From contig CAJINV010000005.1 in the NCBI GenBank assembly GCA_905178155.1, positions 9,217,604 to 9,243,444 on the forward strand: 25,841 nucleotides of DNA, written 5' to 3'. The translations under genes and the position numbers were made by a program. The notes beneath the pieces are model-generated. The model worked only from the letters and a program-made list of their open reading frames with translations. It was not told the origin of the DNA and did no database searches. Shown here in pieces: positions 12,501-21,100 of the stretch; position 1 is the stretch's first letter; each line of letters opens with the position of its first letter. The DNA is from Amoebophrya sp. A120. Taxonomy: Eukaryota; Protista; Dinoflagellata.

Positions 12501-15500
12501 AAGGACGCGAACTTGTCATGCTAAGTCTGGATAGTGCATAAATTTGTGTTGCATGATTGCCAATAAAAAGTGTCCACTTTTGAACAAGTTTAGAGGCAGT
12601 TTGTCATGCAGGATAGACATGATAGAGACTTTGAAGAATCTTTCATGCTAGGTCCTGCATTGCAGACCTCATGGGGCATGGAGAATATGCATGACAAGTT
12701 TGCAATCTTGCAGAGCCAGACATTTTTACATTTGATATCAGTAGCGAAAATATTAGATCCAGACGCGAGAAAAACGGCGATTTATGATCTTCCAGAAATG
12801 GGTATCAAATGTAAAAATGTCTGGGTCTGGAAGAATTCATGTTTGTCATGCTTGTCTGGCATGACTCTTCAATCTGTCATGCACGTTACGCAAGAGCTCC
12901 GCTTTTCTGTGATGCAGAAGCGCAGTTTGTCATGCAGAATAGGCAACACCTAGGAGCTCAGAAAGTTGTCATGCTGAGCCAGCATTTGTAACCTCATCAC
13001 GAGACGCTACCCAGCATCACAAGTTCCCAGACCCAGACATTTTTACATTTGATAATGGGCTCTATCAAGGAAATGGACGGGCGGCGGCCCTCTATGCATT
13101 GCAGATGTGTCTGGGTCTGGAAAGAATGGGATTTGTGATGCTAGCTGTCGATCACACAGAAATCTGTATTGCATGAGAGGCAACAGCCCCTCAGATTGTT
13201 GCCACTCAAAGAGGGCATTTCTCATGCAGAATAGGCATGAGCAAACCTTTCCGAAAGCTGTGATGCTACAGAATGCATCACAGGCATCAGAGGCCATGTA
13301 CAATTTGCATGACAAACTCTTCCAGACCCAGACATATTTGCATTTGATACCCTCCACCATGTTCCAACAGTACACTGCGCAGCTGCGGCAGAATCGCATT
13401 TTGGGGGCGCACAAGCAGGAGCTGAAGGATGGCTGGCGGCAGAGCTGTAGGGCGATGAAAATTGCGGATAGGTTGGAGGACAAGGAGGGAAAATTCTTGA
13501 AAGAAGAATTAGAATTCGAAGCGAAGACCGCAAGACTGAATGAACGACAGCAGGACATTGGATACGCGATGCCGTTGATACAAGACCCGGAGGTGGCGAA
13601 AATATCAACTGCAAAAATGTCTGGGTCTGGAAGATTGCCAGGTTTGTCATGCATATTTTGAATGATCCATGATGTCTGTGATGCATGCGCTAGCGTCACA
13701 GATTTTTCGAGGGCTTTGTGATGCCTCTATCACATGAGAAACATCCTCTCCGCGTAGCACAAAGTGGAGTCCTCTTGCTGGTTATGCAACACAAATCTTT
13801 TTAGAATCCAGAGACAGCATCACAAGTTCAGAAACTTCCAGACCCAGACATATTTGCATTTCATAGAAAAGGTTGGAAAGCAAGTGGAACGACATGGACG
13901 ATATGCATAGTACAAATTACACGTCCGGGTCGTGGTCTCCCGGATTTCTGATGCAAGAGTTGGAGCACAACAAGTAGAGCTGTGATGCACGAATAGGAGT
14001 GCAGGTGCACAGCGTTTTTGTCGTGCCGCTGAGCAGTGGTATAGTTTGTAATGCTGCGCGCGAATGAGAATTTGCAAGAGAACAAAACGGCCTTGCAAAT
14101 AAACTTGTCATGCTGTTATGCCATGTACAGGTTGCTTCACTCGTCTGCAATGCAAGCATCAGCAACACAGACTTGCTCCAGAGGGCCCAGACATTCAATT
14201 TGCAGTGCATAACCAACTACGGACACAAGAAACTCCGAGTCGAGGAAGCGATGGTGAAGTTGACGCTTAAGGGAAACGCATGCTCTGCTTCCTCCCTATC
14301 CTGTGCAAAAGTATCGTACTAGTATGAATTGCATTACAAATTAGCCCAGCATTACAAATTGAATTTGTGATGCTGATTTACCTTGAGAAGGAGATTTGTA
14401 ATGCATACAGGCAATTACTACGAGTGCGATGCTTTTGCATTTGATACTTTCATCAGCCTCAGGACAAAAGCGTCAATTTTGACATGAAGCTGAACAAGAA
14501 CGACGAAACCTACTTCTGGACGGCGTTGCGCGTCCCGGATATACTAGGTCCGTACGACGACACCAACCGGCTGTTTAAGTACTGGCTGGCTTTTTTCGTG
14601 TATCGCTCGAAAAAAGTGTTTCACTGTAAGGAAGGATTGTGCATCAAGTTCTGCATCACAAGTTCGTTACACATGACAAAGAAAATTTTCCATGCGACCC
14701 TCCTAAGGGAAAACACGGCTGAAAATGAAAATCCATTGTCTTGTATGTGTAGCAAGACAAAAGCTTCTGTGTTTCATTTTCTGCATTACAAGTTTTGTTT
14801 ACAGTGAAGCAGTTTTTTCTTGCGATATCGCGGTGGAGGACATTCAGTTTAACAAGGCGGAGAAAGAGGATCCCGTGGCGGGTATGCATTGCAAAAGGGT
14901 CGCAGGCTAGTGGAAGTTGCATGACAAATTTTGACAAGGAGAGAATCGCAATTATTGTAATGCTGAATAAGGTGCACAGGACGAGGTTTGTAATGCTGTG
15001 CTGCAGTGGTTCCTTCAAGTGCGAAGATCCTTTTGCAGAGCATAGCCGTGGTGTTTTCCGAGGACATGGCGAAATTCATTCAGGATTTAGTCATCGATGT
15101 CCGCTTCCGCAACATGCCCCGCGATTTCGTGCCCGGGGGGACGGTCGTGAAGGTTGGCGCCTGCGGCTGGAAGCAGGAGTTGCAGCGCTTTTGGACGAAG
15201 GGCGACAGCAGAGTGGACAAACCTTGGACCGCTGGGTGCGGACTCGGTGCGTTAAATTTCGGGTGCGAGGAACAGGTTCCGTTGGAGCAACACGTGCGGC
15301 TGTTTCTATTACAATGAAAAATGCCCCCACCCCGGAATTCGTGCAAGTTTCTCATGCATAAGGTTTTCAAATGAAAATCTTTTTATCTATGCATGAAAGG
15401 ACTCCGAGTCTTTCTGGTGCAGAACCTAGACTACGCAAGCTATCTTTTGCATAACAGATCCGGCTGCTGTTGGGCTCCTGTGCAACACAAATTTGAACTA

Positions 15501-17451
15501 TTGAGCATTGGAAATTTGTGATGCTGACATATGCAAGACCGAGAATGGTTCCATTGGAAAGGCGGGTTGCAAGACAAATGCTGCCAAGTTCTGGGGTGGG
15601 GGCATTTTTCACTGTAATAGTTTCGGGAGATCGTTTTGAACGATGGTTGTGAAAGAAGTTTTGCCTGTTTCCAGGGACGAAGAGAAGCAGAGGCACCCGC
15701 CGAGCTCACGGGTGTTGACACAACAGACCAAGTGCACCAGTTGGAAAAACAAATTTTGCCTGCTGGTTCTTCTGAAAGCAGTCCGGGCTCTTCTCACTCC
15801 TCTGCTGCGGAACAAAATGTTGTGTTGCAGAAACGACAGAAAACCACCACAGATGTTGAGGCGAACAAGAACCAGGAGCGGAAAACTCACGACGAGAAAC
15901 CGGGAGGTAGTAGTGGTACAACTATTAGAGCTCCTCCTGAAGTTGTAGCAGAGAGCAGCAGCACGCATCATCCTCTCGACGAGAAGATGAAAGAAGGTGA
16001 AAATAAAGACGTCGCCGGGCCGCGGGGCGGGTTTACTCCGGATAACAGAGTTAGGTTCCAACCAGCGCATGATCCTTGCCTCGAGAAGATAGAGAAAATA
16101 AAAGCAGCAAGAAAGAAAGAAGCCGCGCAGCGAGAAATCGAGGAGAAGAGAGTCATATTGAACAAAAACTACCTCCTATGGAGAGAAAAAAGTTTGTCAC
16201 AGTCACTAACTTGCAGGTTTTGCATTACAAATTTTCTCAGCATCACAAACTTTCCTTGTATTGCAGAAACACTAGGGAAATGCCTAATGAAGTATGGCTG
16301 TGATGCATTTTTACGCATGACAAACAATTTTGTATTGCAAGAATGCGCATGAGTGATCGTGACGAATTTTTTTTCTTTGATGCCTCCCTTCTGTTTCCCG
16401 CCGGACGAAGCCGCTGGATTTCGAGAAACTTTCTCAGTACTTGCACGAAGTGTCCTTTTCCGGAAAAGTGCACCAGTTGCCGATCAGTTCCGACGTCGAC
16501 GAGAAGACTTCCAGCTTGGAACACGTTTACCGAAAATGCCACGAGTTCTATCCTGAGGAAAAACGTGGTGTCGCCCACAGGTGGGAAATCTGCTAGAAAA
16601 ATTAGCCAGCTTTGCTTGTTTCGCATGACAAACTTGGGCTCGCAATGTAGTCGCATGACAAAAAATTTGGGCTCGCAGCATCACAGATCTCGGGCGCAGT
16701 GCTGATCCCTTCGGGTATCGCAAATCTCAAATCACCACTAGAAAATGCTTCTCATGGGTCTTTGCATAAGCATGCAGATGTGCATTACAACTCTGGGGAG
16801 GTGGGGCTTTTTTCCTCCGGATAAGTTTTACAAGAAAGTGGTCGACCGGGCGATTGTCGAAGTTGAGGATTACAGAAATGGAAAAATATGCGTTGCAAAA
16901 GTACTATCATACTCGTAGTTTTTGATTGCAATCGTGCATGACAAACCTTCATCCTAAGCTAAATCAGCATGACAAAAAAATTCCGTTTTGTCATGCTGAG
17001 AATTAGTTTGTGATGCAATTTCTCCTACGTACGATAGTACTTTTGCAAAAATGTTGCATAAAAAAGACGCGACAGTAAGAACAGTGACTTCATCGGCGAT
17101 TTCTACGAAAGCTTCGTAGATGCGCGGAAAGGCCTGCCCTTCCGTGTGCGGGAGGAGTTCGAAAGGTTAGCGTTTGAGGATGGAGGAGGGACAAAGGATG
17201 ATAATGATGATCATCTTGCGAGAGAAAAACGACCGGGGGACGAGAAGGAAAAACCGGGGGACGAAAAGGAAAAACCGGCGGGGAAGAAGGATGTGGTGAT
17301 GGCAGATGCTCTTGCGGGTGGATGTGGAAAGGAGGATTTTGAGAAAACCAAAGCAAAGGTGTTGAAGCTGTATAAGATGATGGAAGAGCTTGAGAATGAG
17401 TCAAGCAGCGATTCTAACTCAAGTCACGACAGCGAATCATCTTCGGGATGA
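6555..17451 (+). CDS. Gene 2: ~2065-aa protein with a PKAK-repeat basic N-terminus, an acidic repeat region and a C-terminal extended/atypical SDR (NAD-dependent epimerase/dehydratase, CSP41-like) domain; 20 exons, 19 introners
   Basis: Span 10897 nt minus 4699 nt (19 elements plus 5 nt each) = 6198 nt, open to TGA at 17449-17451. SDR motifs appear in the correct order across exons: VLILGGSTFVG, ILNRG, GDR, WDVIVDF, HYIFISTDSVY, YGHKKLRVEE (YxxxK), LRVPDILGPYDDTNR, VFSEDMA, ALNFGCEE, YLPSV..PLD. Confidence 0.88.
6601..6810 (+). repeat. Coding 12-nt repeat encoding (KPKA)n, histone H1-tail-like
   Basis: Translation AKAKPKAKPKAKPKAKPKAKPKAKPKAEPKAKP, with third-position codon variation between units. 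Confidence 0.9.
7929..9200 (+). repeat. About 18 degenerate coding repeats of ~22-29 aa, consensus KVD[V/I]ATTSSEDAPAAAL
   Basis: Visible in the translation and in the DNA (AAAGTTGAC..ACTTCTAGCGAAGACGCGCC). Confidence 0.9.
9759..10018. mobile_element. Introner family A2 (260 bp)
   Basis: DR ATCAT/ATCAT; removal joins EVHH to LDLAILNRG; inverted relative to 21427-21689. Confidence 0.93.
10118..10445. mobile_element. Introner family D (328 bp)
   Basis: TIR TATCGTAAGGAAAAATCCCCCCTCCCCATATC, imperfect; DR AACAA/AACAA. Confidence 0.92.
10641..10890. mobile_element. Introner family A2 (250 bp)
   Basis: DR TCATC/TCATC; family A TIR; inverted relative to 12803-13054. Confidence 0.92.
11237..11497. 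mobile_element. Introner family A1 (261 bp)
   Basis: DR CGCGA/CGCGA; family A TIR. Confidence 0.93.
11553..11761. mobile_element. Introner family B (209 bp)
   Basis: DR TCAGT/TCAGT; removal joins AFVS to HYIFISTDSVY. Confidence 0.93.
11855..12017. mobile_element. Introner family E (163 bp)
   Basis: TIR TATGAACTGCAAAAGTATCG; DR GCTCT/GCTTT; related to 14297-14446. Confidence 0.9.
12087..12365. mobile_element. Introner family F (279 bp)
   Basis: Perfect 32-bp TIR TATCCTGAGTAAAAACGTACCCACACCAGAGT; flanks CATAG/AGGAC give no 5-nt DR; frame restored by removing element +5 (or +2) nt. Confidence 0.9.
12473..12737. mobile_element. Introner family A1 (265 bp)
   Basis: DR TCAGT/TCAGT; family A TIR. 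Confidence 0.92.
12803..13054. mobile_element. Introner family A2, inverted (252 bp)
   Basis: DR ATGGG/ATGGG; perfect TIR TATCAAATGTAAAAATGTCTGGGTCTGG. Confidence 0.93.
13093..13349. mobile_element. Introner family A1-like (257 bp)
   Basis: DR CCCTC/CCCTC; family A TIR. Confidence 0.92.
13603..13865. mobile_element. Introner family A1, inverted (263 bp)
   Basis: DR GAAAA/GAAAA; reverse complement aligns by eye to 12473-12737. Confidence 0.92.
13902..14211. mobile_element. Degenerate introner with A-like TIR (310 bp)
   Basis: TATGCA...TGCATA ends; DR decayed (GACGA/ACCAA); removal +5 nt brings the YGHKK motif into frame. Confidence 0.8.
14297..14446. mobile_element. Introner family E (150 bp)
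   Basis: TIR core TGCAAAAGTATCGTACT; DR CTCCC/CTTTC. Confidence 0.88.
14601..14827. mobile_element. Introner family B' (227 bp)
   Basis: TIR TATCGC..GAAAAAA.TG.TTCACTGTAA; DR TCGTG/TCGCG; inverted relative to 24156-24364. Confidence 0.9.
14883..15044. mobile_element. Introner with E-like TIR (162 bp)
   Basis: TATGCATTGCAAAAGG / CCTTTTGCAGAGCATA; DR GCGGG/GCCGT. Confidence 0.86.
15307..15619. mobile_element. Introner with F-like TIR (313 bp)
   Basis: TIR TATTACA[A/G]TGAAAAATGCCCCCACCCC; DR GTTTC/GTTTC. Confidence 0.92.
16177..16382. mobile_element. Introner (206 bp) ending in ATG
   Basis: TIR core AGAAAAAAGTTTGTCAC..TCACT; DR CCTCC/CCTCC; removal gives NYLPSVSRR. Confidence 0.9.
16549..16823. 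mobile_element. Introner family F (275 bp)
   Basis: TATCC.GAGGAAAAA ends; DR AGTTC/AGTTT; internally similar to 18428-18721; has a small internal tandem duplication. Confidence 0.9.
16887..17060. mobile_element. Introner family E, inverted (174 bp)
   Basis: TIR core TTGCAAAAGTACTATC; DR AAAAA/AAAAA. Confidence 0.9.
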
Positions 17452-18184
17452 TTATACATGAGATTTGCTGATGAAGAAAACTAGGTAGAGCAGGACTACG
17501 TAGTGCGTAACAGATTGCCCGACTCTGAAGAAGACTTTGCTTTTACATTCTCTTACTATCTTTGCAAGGAAAGGTGTGCTTTAGGTAGACGACCAAATGT
17601 CTTCATCCATGATGTGAACAACACAAAATCTTGTTTTGTGAGGTCTCTCTGAATGCAGAAGCGAAATAAAAAACCCATTACCCATAAAAAATCGCCGACC
17701 TGCCGGTCTACTTACTTACAGGCACAGTAGATGCAGCAGCACGACAAGAGCGAAAAAATTTGCTGTTGCATTGCATTTTTTCGCTAGTTCTCTTCATGTT
17801 CGTTAGCTCTACTTCTACGCTATGATCGTGTCGTGTCCATATAATTTCTGTCGAAAAAACGAGCGATTGCTATGCCAAAATGTGGTGGTCGAGAGGGGGA
17901 GAGCGTCTTCGTATTTAAGTATGTGGTTCGCGTCCGTGTCGCGCTCGTCGTGCTCGTTGAGAGTAGGCCTGAGTCTTAGAAGATAGAACTCCGGACGAGA
18001 AATCTGATTTCGGGCCTCGAGGACCTGGGGCTCAACTTTCATCGCCTCACGTTGGCACAACAAAATGCTTCTTCTAGCTGCGCAGGTGAACTAGTAGTAC
18101 AGCAAGGCTCGGCTGTACGTAGTTTTGAAGTAGATTCTGAAACAAATATATAAAACTGTGAATTGTCAAACTATCAACAGCAAA

Positions 18185-21100
18185 ATGCTCTATTTCCGCC
18201 GATCAGGAGCAACGACCATCTTCGCGGCCCTCGCCGCAACCTCAACGACCCTGGTCGTCCAGGCCCGGCGGAAGCCCGGACTCGGCGCGTCGCACCAGAA
18301 GAAGTTGCAGACCTTCGTTACCATCGACGGTAACGCGGATCAAGAATACCACGATGATGACGCGCACCTCTACCTTGCAGACGAACACGCGGACGAACAT
18401 CACGAGGAGCATGATGACCACACGTCTTATTCTGAGTAAAAACGTCCCCACGACCACAGACATAGTCCAGATGGGAACTTGGCAACACAAATCAAAACAA
18501 GGTTTGGCTGTTGCGCATGACAAGTTTGGGCTCGCAGTGTAATCCTTTACAGCTGGTGCAGCCCGAAGAGAAATCGACACTGTCTTCCTCATTCTCGCAT
18601 GACAAACTCGTCCCCGTCGATGAAATTAGAAAATGCCTGTCATGTGGCTGCGCATGAGAAACTTTTTAGGCATGCAGATTTGCATGACAACTCTGGGGCA
18701 AAGACGTTTTTGCACAGGATACGTCTTTCATCGAAGTGAAGCGGCCGAAGAAGTTTAAGCAGAAACTGGATTCCGAGCTTATGACCCGCACAGACGTGGT
18801 TACAATCTCAGCTGTTACAATAGAATCTGGAAATCTGTGATGCAAGAACTGCATGATCTAGCCTACTCCCATAGGATTGCGCATGACAAGTTTCGGAGTC
18901 CCAAATCCGCCTGAAATCCGGCAAAATTTGTATTACGAAAAGCTCAATTCGCTCTGCGTTCCTCATGCTCTTCATGCAATACAAATTCCAGAACCAGATT
19001 CTATTGTAACGTTTGAGATTGTAACTTTTGAGCAGGCCATAGAGCTGAACGACGAGGCGTCCGCCTTCCTCGACGTGAACAATCTGAAGGATGACGAGGG
19101 GACAAAAACTACGGGGAAGGGTGGCGCGGAGATCACCGGCATGGAACTGGATATCCAAGAAAAAAACTGTGTAAGTGTAAATTTGTGTTGCAGAACATGC
19201 AACAGAGCTACACCTGTCATGCCAGACAGCCATAAAGTCCTCTTTTCATTTGTGTTTTCCCTTACAAGCCACGCATGACAGGTTTTCTCTGCCATGTAGA
19301 GCAAATTTGTGATGCTGTTCCTCAAAGAAAGTTACACTTACACACTTTTTTTCTTGGATACTGGAGAGAAAGAAGAAGAAGGAAACCGTCAAAACGGAGA
19401 ATGTCCAGATCACATCGCAGAAAAACTATCCACTGCAAATATGTCTGGATTTGTGATGCGAGATGCGAAGGACAGCGAGATCTGTAATGCTTGAATACGA
19501 TTATGGTCTTTTTTTCGTCGTTCTCGACGGGAATGAATCGATCCGCAAGAAGTTGGGGAAACACAACTTCTCATGCTGTGATGCAAGTATCACCAACACA
19601 AGTTGTTTCCAGACACCCAGATGACATAGTTGCATTTGATAAAAACGTAAAAACGTCGACTGCCGCGCCCGTCACGAAAGCTGCTACGACCACCAAGAAA
19701 ACTACGACCACGACTACCACAACGGACATCAACAATGGACTGGTAAGATGATAGAGTTTTTTTGTCATGCGCAGAACGCATTGGACATGCATTTCTGTCA
19801 TGCATGAATTGCAACGACAATTAATGCGCGCTTCAATCAAAATTCAGGTCAACCCGCGGTTGCGCGAGAAGTACCACCCGGACCACATGACCGGGCACAA
19901 AGCCTCTTACGGGGTCTTCGCCATCATCGGGGGCGTCATCCTCGGTTTCGGGCTTTTTGTCACGGTTTTCTGCATATGCATTGCAAAAATGTCTGGGTCT
20001 GGAAGGATGGAAGTTGTGACGCGTGCGGTGGATCACACAAAAATCGCTCTTGCGTGATAGCCAAAAGTTGCCCTTTTCTGACCACCATGAGAGGGAGTTT
20101 CTCATGCAGGGCAGGCATGGTAGAGACCTCGCAGAATCTGTCATGCTAGGTCCTGCATTCCAGACGAGACCTCTTGGGCATAGAAACCCAGCATGGTAAC
20201 TTTGTATTCTTCCAGACCCAGACATTTTTGCAATGCATACTGCATCTACTACGGACCCAAGTCGAAATCGAAGGAGAGCGACATTTCACGGACGCTGAAC
20301 AAGGACTACGACAAGGCCGCGGGAAAGTCACCCGAGTCGAAGCGCGGCAAGAAGGGGGAGTCAAGTGTGGGTGGAGAGGGGACTTCGTACGGGAGCTATG
20401 AGAGTGCACAAGTAACCCCCCTCACCGCTCCCCTCAGTTGTATTGTGCAGAACACCAAATACGTGTTTAGCTGACGAATTCTGGCGACCCCCCGGGCGCC
20501 GTCATTAGGCTGCTTGGGGGGGTTTGGGGGGGCAAGATTCAGCGTAGCCGGCTAGGGTTCGGCTAGGGTTCGGCCAGGGTTCGGCCAGGGTTTTCGCCCA
20601 GGGTTTTCGCCCAGGGTTTTCGCCCAGGGTTTTCGCCCAGGGTGCGCCCAGGGTTCGCCCAGGGTTCGCCCGGGGTTCGCCCGGGGTTCGCCCAGGGTTC
20701 GCCCAGGGTTCGCCCAGGGTTCGCCCAGGGTTCGCCCAGGGTTCGCCCAGGGTTCGCCCAGGGTATTCTGTGTGTTGTTTTATGTTCGTTCCTGTAAAAT
20801 AAATGTTGGGGACAGAGGGGGGCGGTGCACTCTCATAGGAGCTCGGAGTACTACAGCAGTTCGCAGTACACCAGTGGATCCTCATATGCAAGAAAAAACC
20901 ACTCCCGCGTGTGAGTCTGTACCTGTAGTGAGTAAGTGTGTAGACGTATGCTGGCCAGGAGCCACGAAGCCCTCTTTTCATAAGGTGGCGTCTTAAGTGC
21001 TAGCAGTGCATGACAGCCTTGCTCTGTCATGCGAACAAGATTTGATGTCCTGCTTTGCTGTCACTACTTCAAGAAAGCTGAAGCTACTTCTCACAGCACT

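Noticed and set aside
9759-17060. Gene 2 as a transposon-riddled pseudogene
   Set aside because: All 20 exons are free of stops and frameshifts, catalytic motifs are intact, and elements of differing decay all obey the same frame rule.
20550-20764. True telomere
   Set aside because: Internal position inside a TIR element, and the 11-13 bp unit is not a TTTAGGG-type repeat.
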